A DNA stretch of 64,000 nt from Balanoglossus misakiensis (lineage: Eukaryota > Animalia > Hemichordata). This document shows positions 28,708 through 41,142 of the stretch, piece after piece (the stretch's first letter is position 1; each line of letters opens with the position of its first letter). The notes below the pieces were generated by a model, which was not told the origin of the DNA, made no database searches, and saw nothing but the letters and a program-made list of their open reading frames with translations. Position numbers and translations under genes: made by a program. The DNA is taken from positions 10,215,519 through 10,279,518 of the forward strand of contig CM082578.2 in assembly GCA_040954595.2 (NCBI GenBank), in the 5' to 3' direction.

Positions 28708-31530
28708 ATGATTGTTCGTAGAATATCAAGGCTGTTTGCCGAAACTAGGTATGCAGTCATCGTTTTATTGTTATCTTGGCTCTATCTCGGTGGCGAATGG
28801 CCATGAACTTAGGTTCTACTGATTATTGCCCTGCACTGTGACACCAATGTCACCTCCACCCACCCCCACCTCGGGGCATAGTGAGAAATTGAGTCTTATG
28901 AAATTTGCCAAATGCCCCACCCCCTCGGGCAAGACAATCAGGCAAATCCCCCACATTTCCCCCCACCCCAACAGGTGGGACATTTATAAAGTCTTCATTT
29001 GATCATGAAGGTGAGAAGGTCAATATAATTGCCCCATCCCCTCGGGCTTAATGCCTTGGAAAATTATGTCTAATCCCACACATTTGTCCAGTATCTCCCA
29101 TTGATGCATTACAATATATACACTCATTACCAAATTATATATTTTAGAAAATATATATTTTAGAAAATATTGATATGCATATTAATTAAGCTTTACACAC
29201 ATTTTCGATATTGTTTTGATATCCAGTGAATGCCCGGAGACATAATGCTAAATGATAATTCATTCACTTTTTTTCTTTAAATGTAGACTGAGCAATGCCA
29301 TCTGCACTGATCGTCTCTGGCTGAACAAGCAGAGTGTTCTGCAGCCGAGAAAGAGAATGTCAAACAACCACGGCAATGCTGAGCTCTGCGCCAGGACGGA
29401 CGCCGTGGGAATATTTAACGCCGGCGTCCAAGCAGTCTTGCCTCATCAGATGGTGAAAAATGCCCTTGTCTTGCAAGACGACCAACTCTTTGTTGCGGGC
29501 AAGATATACGATGTCCGACACAACGTCCACGTTGTTGCATTCGGCAAAGCGGTCATGGGAATGGTTCGGGCAACCAGCGACATCCTGGGGGAACATCTGG
29601 TGGAGTGCATCGCCAGCGTCCCTCTTGGTATGAGGGAGGCTTTGATCAAGGCAAACAAATTGTTAGTTTTATTCTGTTTTTAATAAGTCACCATCTGCAT
29701 GGGTTTCAAAGTGTATCCAAGTTTATGATGTAGAAGAAGAATACTGAGTAGCTTTTCTTGCTGAAAACATGGGAGGGCAAGTCATACAAAATGCTTTGGA
29801 AAGTGGATTTTAACAGTTATTACACAATATACAAATATAGATTGGAACGTTCTTGCTGTAGGCAAAACATTTTGATCATGTAATTCTTTCACATTAATTC
29901 TAAAGAGACTTGATCCCAACCACAAGTTCTAAAATCAAAGTAATAGAGGGCGCTCCAAACAATTTACCGGATGAAGCAGCATGCAAGGCAGCCCAGGACA
30001 TTGAAAAGCTCGTAACGAGGTTGACGGCCGAAGATCTGCTCATTGTGTTAATGTCTGGTAAGTGTCCAGAGTCAAAGAAATACCCCAGAGAGCTTGCATC
30101 GTTGCTTGCTAGGATACAAAAGAACGATAGAAAAATGTGCCAAAACACCACCCCTGTAATCAGTGTTCAGATATTTGTCATATCACTACAACTGTTCAAC
30201 CTTCTCTTTCTGCAGGCGGAGGGTCGGCACTGCTGCCATCGCCAGCTCCCTCTATCAGCCTGCAAGAGAAATACGAAGTGGGTAGAGTAATGGCCGCCAA
30301 AGGTGCTACTATCAATCAACTCAACACTGTCAGAAAGAACTTGTCCACCTTGAAAGGCGGTGGCCTTGTCAAAGCTGCTTATCCTGCAAAGGTAAGAAGT
30401 CTAATGTATCAGATGCATGAACTCTAAATGTTGGCGATCATGCCATCTGGTTTGCCACTTGTAATAGCCGAACAATTCCAATTTGTAAAAGAATGTATAT
30501 GCTGAGCTCGTTTTTAAAAAAATAAAGCAAAATCTGTCATGGAATTCAGTCTCTGGTTACATGAAGTATCATGTTTCCAAGCCTTCACTAGGACCTTTTC
30601 TAATTTTATTAAGGTTGTTGTTTACAGGTAATCTCACTCATCTTGTCCGACATCATTGGCGACTACATGGGGCTGATTGCCAGCGGGCCCACCGTGCCCA
30701 ACGACTCCACCACCAGGGACTGCCTGGACATCATAGAAGAGCTGCACGCCGGCGATGAGTTGCCGCGCTCGGTGATGGACTTCCTGCACGCCAAGGCAAT
30801 CCGGGGTGCATTCCGACAGAAGGAGGGGCGCGACTTTTCACACGTGCAGAATGTCATCGTCGGGAGCAACAGCATCGCCGTGGAGGCGGCGCGACGCGAG
30901 GCCGACGACCGCGGCTACCTGACCGCCGTTCTCTCCACGGTCATCGACGGCGAGGCGAAGGCCGTAGGGAGAGCGTTCGCTCGCATAGCGGCGCTGATCT
31001 ATCACACTCTGGAGGGCAGATTCAACAAAGCCGCCGACGTCATGGACAGCCTTGGTGGTGGCAAGCTGTGGGAAAGACTGGACAGCGACGTTCAGCAACT
31101 TGCCGAATTCATCCGCAACTCCGCCACGGCGGGAAAGCCCATCTGCGTCATCGGAGCCGGTGAAACGACCGTCACCGTCACGGGAAGCGGGAAAGGTGGC
31201 CGAAACCAGGAATTGGCCCTCGCCGCATCGCTATCCATGAGCAACCTGCCGGAATACCAGGAGATGATCCAGAAGGGATACCGAGTGGCCTTCCTCAGTG
31301 CCGGCACCGATGGACAAGACGGCCCCACAGAGGCTGCCGGAGCACTGGCTTTTCCAAGTCAGGTGGCTGGGGCCCTGGAAAAGGGACTAGATGCCAAAGA
31401 GTACTTGTGTAATAATGATTCGTATCATTTCTACAGCGAGTTTGATGAAGGGAACAGTCTCATTGTTACTGGACTCACAGGGACTAATGTTATGGACATC
31501 CAGGTCTTATTAGTTGTACCTCCTGTGTAG
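28708..31530 (+). CDS. GLYCTK: Glycerate kinase (class II, MOFRL domain), 548 aa, with putative mitochondrial presequence
   Basis: Exons 28708-28748, 29287-29661, 29906-30057, 30216-30391, 30628-31530; frame continuous (1647 nt). Motifs VAFGKAVMGM, LMSGGGSALL, LNTVRK.LS.LKGGGL, LSDIIGD...IASGPT, GETTV...GKGGRNQELAL, GTDGQDGPT, TGTNVMD. The first mini-exon (MIVRRISRLFAET) is less certain than the rest. Confidence 0.95.
28830..29110. repeat. Repeat/MITE-like insertion with internal direct repeats in GLYCTK intron 1
   Basis: Duplicated blocks TGCCCCA(C/T)CCCCTCGGGC (~28913 and ~29030) and AATCCC.CACATTT (~28945 and ~29072); C-rich relative to the flanks. Confidence 0.5.
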
Positions 31531-32299
31531 GATGGAATAGAGAGGTCTGAAGACCAAAGTATCAGATTTTGACATATATCTCCTGATGAGAGTACAGATG
31601 CATGAACATGTAAAATTTGAGGATAATTTGGGGTGGGTTTAAAAAGTGTATAGTATACATCTCATGTTTTTCATGATAAATTGCATGAATGATGCTGAAA
31701 TGAACACATTTTTGGGGATTGTGGTTTAACGTAAGTTTCCACTGGTCACAAAAATAAAAGGACAAACTTTCCAGAGGTTGTAGTACTTTAATACAATGAG
31801 CAAAAGATGTAACATTGCTAGAAAATGGCTTTTATAAAAGTCCCATTTAGTTTGCCCAAATGCGTATTTGAATTTATTTTTATTCAATTTATAGTAGTCA
31901 GACTGAATGGCATTTTATGGTAGTGCTGTTGTATACAGTATGACTGTAGTTTCCCTGAAATATGTCGACATGTACCTTCAATTTTATGCTACGAATTATT
32001 TGTTGGTCTGAAGAAAATTATAGAGTTTATTATAAGATTGGAACTTGATTTCTGCATGACAATGTTATTTCTTTAAACAGTGATGATTGGCAACTCTCTG
32101 TATTTCACACTGGGAGTTATAAAAGGAACAATAAGTTTACACATAGTGACCTCTCTCTTCCTGTTTGATGTTGTCCGACAGTCCAGCCAGAATATACATT
32201 TTTATATTCAATTTGATCAGTGCTTTTATGGATATTGTTATGAGTAGAGCATCCAGACAATCCATAAATTTATTTGGTCATTCATCCCCCTCCCTACAT

Positions 32300-32318
32300 A
32301 CACACACACACACACACA
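32300..32318. repeat. (AC)n microsatellite
   Basis: Read directly from the sequence. Confidence 0.85.
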
Positions 32319-32546
32319 ATGCAAGCTAACATCACACAGTATTCCGTTCCTCTCTCTGTTTTAATGTTCATCAAGACTTAACTGAAACAGTGCACCTTTC
32401 ACTGTATCACATTTTTTACATGGTTTTGTTTACCATGGCGAATTCAAATTGCAGATTTCACCAATTAAGCATGCCACTCTTTATAAGTCTTCCTATTTGT
32501 GACATTTGGGAGTCATCAGATGAGACTTCTATGGCAAAACCAGGAT

Positions 32547-33288
32547 TCAGTCTGTCTTCAAGTGTGTGGACTCTCTCTCCTCCCTACAAAAAAAAGACAA
32601 GAATGGACAATTTGAAATGAATACACACAATTACAACAGCCATAAACAATGCATGTTCACAACAACAACTGAAAAACTTGTACAGTGTGATTCATCAAGG
32701 ATGTCACAGTAAGGTGTCCGGGATTCTCTCACGTCCTTACAATGGTTGTAATTTCAATGTACTTGTGGGATTAATCGCAACCTACCCATCTTCAGAAAAT
32801 ATCTCTTCCTCAACAGCATCTGTGCTACCTAGGAGAGTCAATACACAACAACAGGTAAGTTAAAACACAGACAGTTAATGAGTTATCAATTGTAAGTGTT
32901 CCATCATTTTCAATACGTGGCTGGTAACAGTATAGACCGAATATAAAAATCGACTGAATGGTGGTACTAATACCTCCATGACTGAACCAAGGTGACTGGA
33001 AAATGTGTAAACATGTCAAGGCCTTGTGATCATGCAGCCACTGCCAATTTGTGAGGAATGACACCACGTACCTGGTTTTCTGAGTTGAGCATACATATCC
33101 GATATGTCTCTTCCATAAAGAGTCCATGCAATGGTGGTGAGAACCACGTTAGCACACAGCATGGCGATGAGAATGAGACAGATGCTCATGTGGATCTCCT
33201 CAACACCGATGAGCTCGCACAGAGTGGAAAACAAACTCCACTCTGCCGCTTCAGTAACGTTTACAATCGTGTCCTTGTTATTTGACAT
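32547..33288 (-). CDS. Uncharacterised ~98-aa single-pass membrane microprotein (3 coding exons)
   Basis: Exons 33288-33072, 32828-32786, 32583-32547 joined by canonical donors (gtacgt, gtaggt) and pyrimidine-rich acceptors (ctcctag, ttttgtag); phases 1 and 2 give MSNNKDTIVNVTEAAEWSLFSTLCELIGVEEIHMSICLILIAMLCANVVLTTIAWTLYGRDISDMYAQLRKPGSTDAVEEEIFSEDGEERESTHLKTD*. Upstream acceptor at 33361 and a promoter-like region at ~33600-33680. Confidence 0.7.
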
Positions 33289-33602
33289 GTTCCAAGTTGA
33301 ACTGCGACAAAATGAGCAATCTGCGAATGGCAGCTTTGGGGTTGTACGGGCGTGTACTACCTGAAACTGGACATTGTCACTTCTCTGTCCGTTGTTTATC
33401 TTTCTCCATCATGTACCGCAACCTCAATAAACCTCATAGTGTTCCACACATCATAGTCCAGTCGAGCGTACTGTCGACGGTGTCATTCACACGAACACAA
33501 TCAATTAACCATATAGTGTAACTCATGAAATTAAACACATTGAGGGAGACATGGAGATCGAAGAAATACACAACAAGGGTGAACAACCACCATCGATTAC
33601 AC

Positions 33603-33679
33603 GTCGCGCCCCCTAAACTACCCGTAATCAGGTGACCTGTCAGGTGACCCCAGGTCAATCGCATAGCGCCACCTAGCGT
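33603..33679. promoter_or_regulatory. CTCF-like sites and nuclear-receptor-like half-site cluster between the microprotein gene and aminopeptidase A
   Basis: TAGCGCCACCTAGCG (33664-33678) is close to the reverse complement of the CTCF consensus; CGCGCCCCCTA at ~33605; AGGTGACCTGTCAGGTGACCCCAGGTCA at ~33630-33657. Confidence 0.45.
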
Positions 33680-34393
33680 TAGCTCTTGGCATCATATTTG
33701 TTTCTTTCAGATGGAGCGAAGGTGCAAGGTTTCAAATTACATGTATTTCATTGAACCATGTCTAGAATGAGATGTTAATTAACTTTAAAATCAATATCGA
33801 CAGCTTTCGAAATTACTGCCGAAATGAAATGAAAGCCGAAAACGACTAGGAAGTGGCTAGGAGATGCGGGTAAAATGTATGTACACATGTACCACTGAAG
33901 GAAAGTAAGCCTGGAAAAATGTTGTTTTAGGTGATTGATTGGGTTAGTCTATATTTCTAGATGATTTAACAGTCGGTGCGACATTCTGCAGTTTTATAGT
34001 TTCCGATATCGACAAGCACGCAATTCTGCCGCGATGGCCGGACCATGGCAACCCAGCACTCAGACTGACGCGGATCGACACTCGGGTCACGCTGACATTG
34101 ACAGGTGTGCGGCGCCACCACCAGGCCGCAGAGTACGTCGTCAGGACAGCATTTGTCAGGGCAGAGGTTAAATTAATGGAGGTTGAGTGACTTTAGTTAC
34201 TGTACTGGTATCTGCCACCGCTTCCCCATCGAAAGTGATGCCTGACTGTCTCGTCCGATAATTTCCTCGCACTAGCTCGGTATATACCTGGTTCCAGAGG
34301 AAGCGATCGATCACTACACGGATACCAACGACCAGTTACCGTTATACTAGGATAGCGCTTCTAGATTGTACATCAGGCCGACAAAAAGGTGAG

Positions 34394-37300
34394 ATGTCAC
34401 CGAAAGAATCCGACCCACTCGTAGGATACCGAGGCAAGAGCCCAAAAGGATGTTTCGTGTCGAGGTTCTGGTGTTTTATCTGGACATGTCTGATACTGCT
34501 TCTCATTGCCGCGGCTGTCGTGATTTCACACTTTCTCACCAGGCGACACTTCATCGACGAACATGGTCTACCACCGGAACCGGAGGCTCAGCCGAGAAGA
34601 GATTTTCACGGGCGACTGACCCAGCACTTGAAACCAATCAACTACAATGTCAAAGTCACGCCTTATTTAGACGCAGAAGATGGAGACAAGAGATTCACCT
34701 TCGACGGGGAGGTTGCCATAGAGATGGATTGCGCCGTGACAACAAATGTGATAGTTCTGCACACTTTGAAACTGGAGGTGAACACATCATCCATTGAAGT
34801 GAGAAATCTCAACAAAAGTGAAAGTATAGCCGTGAAAAGCACAGAAATAGTTGAGGAATATGACTTTTTCAAGGTGTACCCCAGTCATCCCCTGAGAAGG
34901 GGTTACCAATACCTAATATCCATGCAGTACAGCGGTACACTGAACAGTACAGACCCCGATGGTCGGTTGGTTGGCTTGTATCAAAGTTCATATGAGAGCA
35001 GCAGGGTCACCAGGTTGGTACAGATAGTGCATGTCACAGGCTCTTAAAGGGACAAAGTCTCTCTCTCGCTGCCCTTTTCCATTAATTATGCTTGATACAA
35101 GACCACTTGTTATTCTACTTGTGGATATATAGTGAAATAATGTACGACCATTGATTTATACTCAATGCTAAGGGGCCAAATTACACTACAATAAATGCAT
35201 TCTGGGTAAAAGGTCAACAACTCACTGTAGCCAGAGATATAATTTCTGTACTAATTTTACTTTTAAAGTTTCAGAATGACCCAGTATCACCTTAGCTTAT
35301 GAACTTCCATTTCTTCGACATGGCAAATATTGGCCATCCTGAAATTATGTCAACCTTGCGAGATTTTCATCACTCACTTTAGTAGCAAAAACCTATTTAA
35401 GATGTCGAGAATTCCTTCTCCTTTTTGCACGTTTCAGATACTTGGCAGCCACACAACTGGAAACAACTTATGCTAGACGAGTCTTTCCTTCATTTGACGA
35501 ACCGTCATTCAAAGCCACATTTGACGTCGCGGTCACTCACCGTAACAGAAGATCGGCACTCTCCAACATGCCCATCACCAGAAACGAGACAAACGGCGAT
35601 TGGAACACCGCGTACTTTAACAGAACCGTTGTCATGTCTACGTACCTGGTGGCCATCGTTGTGTCGGACTTTGAGTGCAAGGAGACAGTTACTGACAACG
35701 GAATACAGGTAAGGGGATAACCATTTGATTTCTAGGGGGGGGGGTGGAGGATTTAGTATGTCAGCAAATTTATTTTTCAGCAACTGTTTTCAATTGCCAG
35801 TCTACGTTTTACTCCAGGCCCTCTACATCTGCCGAGAATTTTTTGTTCTAAAAAAAATCTCCACCCCCCCCCCACACACACCCCCTCAGAAATCAAGTGG
35901 TTCTCCCCTAAGGATCTGTATCTGCTATTATTTTAATGAAATGAGATGTACCACTGTTGACCTTGTTTTTTGTTCTACATATAGTTCCGTGTGTGGTCAA
36001 CTGCAGACAACCTGAATGACACTCTGTATGCGCTGGAGTTTGGCAGCCAATGCTTGACCTTCTTTGAAGACATGTGGGGTATTCCGTATCCCTTGCCCAA
36101 AATGGGTATGTCAGAGTTAAGAACCTTCTTTGAAAACTGTCACTTTTGAAGACAGGTCCAACGGTCAGTAAGGGCTGGATCAAACCATTTCAGTCAAGTT
36201 AAATGCAGGGTGTGTCACATACATACTGCCTGGCCATCCCAGTCTTAATGCATCATATGCCTCAGGGACAGTGTATTGCAGCACAGTTTGACACTTACCA
36301 GCTAGAGTCTAAATTATCCCAGTCCCACTGAGGCCAATACCACTGCCATAGAATTGACATTGGCTGACCTGCATGAAATCATCAACTGTACAGTAGCATA
36401 CAGTTCAACGTCTTGCCCCGTTCACAGACATGATCGCACTGCCCATGTTCAGTTCGGGAGCCATGGAGAACTGGGGTCTGATAACGTACCGCGATTACAG
36501 AATGCTGGTCGTTGAAGGCGTCGACCCACCTTCACAAAGACAGGCAGCTGCTCTGGTAATTTCACATGAGCTGGTGCACATGGTAAGTGGCATTGATACA
36601 CGTTTGGATTTGCTACTTATTATGAGTTCCCAGGTGTAGATTCTCTCTGGTGATTGGATGATGGTAATTATATCTCGCTGTATGCCTGACCAGTAATGCT
36701 ATTTTCCCCAATGCTCTGTGCTAATTGCAGTGGTTTGGAAATTTAGTGACTCTTGCCTGGTGGGACGAGACGTGGTTGAATGAAGGCTTTGCCAGATACT
36801 ATGAAAAGGTTGGCGTGGATGAAATCAATCCCGACTGGCATGTGGTGAGTAGCACCCCCTGGCTCATGTATTACACAAATAACATATACCACTGTGAAAG
36901 CTTCATCCTATAATCTTGCGTCTTCCATTGTTAATGTTTGACTCTGAAAGCCTCAAAGCATAGAGTGTATCAGCTAGGCCTCATATGCTCATAGACAAAA
37001 CACTACAGCAGAGAAAACTGGCATGGCTGCAAGCAACAGGTGTCAATCGCATCTTGAAGTTAATTACACAGTGCATGATCAGATATAACACTCCAGGGAC
37101 ACAGTGACAACTGCATGCAGGAACAGTTGAGTTCTTGAAGCTGAAAGTCATAAGGAGAGAGGCATTATTATTGTTATTATTTTTTTTTTCTATTACATGT
37201 ATATTTATTTTAAATAACATTTCTCTTCCAGTATGAACAATTTTACCAAGACTTGGTGACGCTGTATTCATTCCGTCATGACAGCCACTTCGGTTCTCAT

Positions 37301-40085
37301 CCCACTGTCCGGCCAGTGGGCTGGTTCCACGAACTCCGACAACAGTTTGGACCACAGTCCTATGAAAGGGTAAGTGAATAAACACTAAACCATGTGTGAG
37401 AAAAAAAACATAATCCTTTTGCGATGGCCTGTATCTGCTATTTATGCACAGTAAGTATTTATATTTTCATCAATGATAGGGTGCTGCCATGCTGATGATG
37501 ATGGTGTCATTTCTGGGAGAAGATGTGTTCTTTGAAGGTGCACATAACTATCTGCTAGACAAAGCGTACAACAATGCTGTCAGACAAGATCTGTGGACTC
37601 ATTTGACACAGGTGAGTGTTTCCTGTAATTTGTATATTTGAGTTTTGTTTGATATGAATAATGTTTACCACAGTTTTCCAATCTCTGATATACATCTGTC
37701 ACTGTAGGCTGACACTGGAAAGGGAAACCACAGCCTCAAGGAGATCATGGACCCCTGGCTTCTGCAGCTTGGCTATCCAGTCGTCACGGTGACCAGATCG
37801 GGCAATCAGCTGACCGCTGTGCAGGAGCGATTTTTGCTGGATCCAAACGACAAACCGATGATACCTGGAGAATATCCAGATTTAGGGTAAAGTTAATGTG
37901 GCCCTGCAGTCAAGTAATGTTCTCAGTTGTAGTTTTGCTTGATGGAAAGATAAAACAGAAATTTTGTGGTCTATGAATTATGATATTCAGCAGATTATGT
38001 GTGAATGTTTCATCTGTGTTGCATATATTTCTGTTTTGACAGACCTTGGTCAATACCCCTCACGTACGTCCACGCTTCCCATGTTGGTGCCAGCAGTCCT
38101 CAGCTGCAGTGGCTGGCCTCAGAATCAGGTATGGAGGTTATTTTAATCCTTTACATGGTAACTGTATGTTTGTATCTGCCGTGGAGTTTACAGGGAACCA
38201 ATCTGAAGCATACGTATCATTGGTCCTCCTTCTTGCAGTGACCTTTAACCTGACAGGAGCCAGTGCAGCTGATTGGCTGTTGGTGAACATCAACCAGACG
38301 GGCTACTATCGAGTCAACTACGATGAAGAAAATTGGAATAAGTTAATCGCCCAATTACACTCCGATCACCAGACGTTTACAGTCCAAAATAGGGCAGCAC
38401 TTGTCGATGATGCGTTCAACCTCGGGCAGGCCCAGAGAGTTAATTTCACAATCCCGTTGCGTCTGATTGGGTACATGAAGAATGAAATCGATTATGGACC
38501 ATGGAAAGCGGCTGAGAATTCTGTAAAGTATGTTGACAGAATGGTGAAAAGCTTTGCGGTCTACGGGGACTTGAGGGTGAGCTGTATTTTTGTTTGGTAG
38601 AACTCTCACTCATCAATACTTCAGAAGTAGTTGAATCACAAATGGAATTGTGTATGTACACACCACAATAGACAGAAGAACCAGGAAAACGCCATGTGGC
38701 TTGTTGAATTGAACCTTTGTTAAAATTACATATGCTAATGAAATTTTCTTTACTCCACATTTGATGTTCACACAGAGCTATATAAGGACTCAGATCAATC
38801 CATTATATGATCGCTTTGAGTGGAATCTGATGCAGCTGGGCCATGTGGACTAGTAAGTTCTGAAATGATTGGTCTGTTATATGTCATCTACATTTGCTCA
38901 CACTTCAACATTGTTTACCTTTGTCAATTCAATCAAATGCTGCCTGTTATTGACTTGTAAGTTACGTTTTTTCCTCCACAGCCATGCCGCTACCGTGGCT
39001 ATTCGACTGGCATGTTACTACGGCAACATAAATTGCACCAAGAAAGCACAAGAGGTGTTTACTGAATGGTTAGCTGATCCTGTGTCGTACAGGTAATCAA
39101 AGAAAACTACTGTATACATTGTCATTTACCATGGTATTGTGTTGTCCTTCAAAACCATTGGGCCTGTTGACTTGTCAAATATTATATACAAATAAATTGA
39201 TATCTTTCAGCCTGAACATAGATATCAGAGAAACTGTCTTATGCATTGGTCTCCTGTACGGCAGTGAAGAAGATTGGAATGCTGTTCACTCAATCCTTCA
39301 GACGACCAAATCCCAAGACGATCGGCTCACAGACGACCTCAAACAAGCCCTAGCGTGCAGCTCCCGGCCGTGGGTGTTACAGACCTACATGGAGGAGTAT
39401 TTGGATAGCAGCGAAGCAACTGAGGTCATCAGTTATGTCGCTAATGCCTCCACCGTCGGGTTCCTCCTGGCCTGGGATTTCGCCGTGGATAACTTTGATA
39501 CTCTTCTGCAAATGTAAGACTACACAAAATGGGTACACCATCCTGTAGATCATACCACAAGGCCCACAATTATTTACTAGCATCCACATTAGACAATGCC
39601 ATGTCTAATCCTTCCTACAAATGTGTTCCATGTAGCTTACTCCTTTACTGCACCAGACCTTGATCAAAGTAATACAAGATATAAGTTGTGGTTTATAATG
39701 ACCTTGCTTGTGACGTTTGTCTTTCAGCGATGAAGTGGCTGCGTATGATTTGATGTGGCAGTTCACCAATACCATGAACACCCAAGCAGACAAAGACAAG
39801 GTGAATCCAATTCCTGGTTATTTCCTTTTTGATTCTCTTGCTGGAAGATATATTGTTTCAGTCATTTAATCTATCTTCTGTTGTCTCCAAAAGTATAATT
39901 TTGTTTCAAGTTAAAAATGTTATTATACTCACTTCCATTTGCAGTTTGAAGATTTTGGCAGGATTCATAATAAGATGCCAGCTGACAGCGCCCTCGGATT
40001 TTACGCAGGGATGAGAAAGCTTGACACCAACATGCAGTGGATGGAGAAAAATTATGCAGAAATCAAAGCATTTCTTGCAGTCTGA
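34394..40085 (+). CDS. M1-family aminopeptidase N-like, type II membrane protein (paralogue A), 952 aa
   Basis: 15 exons: 34394-35013, 35438-35708, 35985-36105, 36428-36582, 36731-36844, 37232-37369, 37480-37611, 37708-37886, 38043-38128, 38239-38576, 38776-38852, 38982-39092, 39211-39513, 39728-39800, 39945-40085 (2859 nt, frame continuous). N-terminal TM helix, [23 protein letters not shown]-x18-E (NEGFA), [12 protein letters not shown]. Confidence 0.95.
35713..35908. mobile_element. PIF/Harbinger-type MITE with TAA target-site duplication at a splice donor of aminopeptidase A
   Basis: TIRs GGGGATAACCATTTGATTTCT and AGAAATCAAGTGGTTCTCCCC match 19/21 inverted, extended by G and C runs; TAA on both sides (35710-35712 and 35909-35911). 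Confidence 0.85.
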
Positions 40086-40604
40086 GAGGGAATTGGCGGG
40101 GAAGATTTCTTTTAAATATACCAGTAAGAATGTGCTGCTAAAGCAGATCTTATATGATATGCAGAATGTCATTTACATTTTTTTTCTGTATTACGGTAAT
40201 GTAATTGTACAGCTTAGAGCTAAATAAATTCTCTCATTTTAGAAATTCAATATTTTGTCCACTGGACTGGCCTGGCCATCCGAGAACAGAACAGCCAAGA
40301 ATCAGCAAAGGTAATAAAAATCGACCCAACACTTGATTTTAATCAGAAATGCCAACTTCTAAGATGCACTTTGTAGTGTTGAAAGTTTGCTGTAGGTGTC
40401 TGTGTGAGGGCGCTATAGGCAGTGCGTTACTGGTGTGTTGCACTAACCTAACATCTAATTTTCCGGCTTCTATTTATTTGGCGGATACGACTGAAATCTT
40501 TGATGATATGTTGAGAATTTTTAAGAAATTGTAAGATGTAAAGTCAACTCCCTGTTCTATGTAAAGGAATCTTAACATATTGTCCAGGTGAAGTAATCGT
40601 GTTC

Positions 40605-40677
40605 GTTTCCGTAGTGTAGCGGTTATCACGTTCGCCTCACACGCGAAAGGTCCCCGGTTCGAGCCCGGGCGGAAACA
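40605..40677 (+). tRNA. tRNA-Val(CAC)
   Basis: GTTTCCGTAGTGTAGCGGTTATCACGTTCGCCT-CAC-ACGCGAAAGGTCCCCGGTTCGAGCCCGGGCGGAAACA, 73 nt; T6 Pol III terminator at 40691-40696. Confidence 0.97.
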
Positions 40678-41069
40678 TCGTTAAACCCACTTTTTTAGCG
40701 CACCGACGTATCAGCGCTAAATCTACGGAATCAAAAAGGGACCAATTTGGCAAGTGAAAATAAACAATCTCGTTTTTGCAAAGCGAGATTTGTTTGATTT
40801 TTATTTGACAATGGCTCCAATAGGGTCCCGAAAAATCAGCTATGTCCCAGTGCGAACTTTCCATGGAGTGGTGTTCAGATTTTAAAGATGACTAATGTCT
40901 GGTTGATGGTGGCAGGTGGAGACGGTGTCTCTAAAGCACCTTTATGTTTATTGCCCAGCAAAACTAATTTCCTCAGCAGTTTATGTCAGGCAAAACTTTT
41001 TTTAACAGATTACAGCACATGTTTTATGCCAAAATTACATATTTTTTTTTAGACGGAGATCAAAAAAAA

Positions 41070-41142
41070 TGTTTCCGCCCGGGCTCGAACCGGGGACCTT
41101 TCGCGTGTGAGGCGAACGTGATAACCGCTACACTACGGAAAC
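41070..41142 (-). tRNA. tRNA-Val(CAC)
   Basis: Reverse complement of the 40605 copy; T-run terminator immediately downstream (A-run 41062-41069 on +). Confidence 0.97.

Noticed and set aside
31824-31846. ATGGCTTTT resembling miR-135 downstream of GLYCTK, where human miR-135a-1 lies
   Set aside because: The remainder does not match the mature miRNA and no proper precursor stem is visible.
35045-35400. TTAAAGGGACA-initiated possible MITE in aminopeptidase A intron 1
   Set aside because: No matching inverted terminus found; insufficient support.
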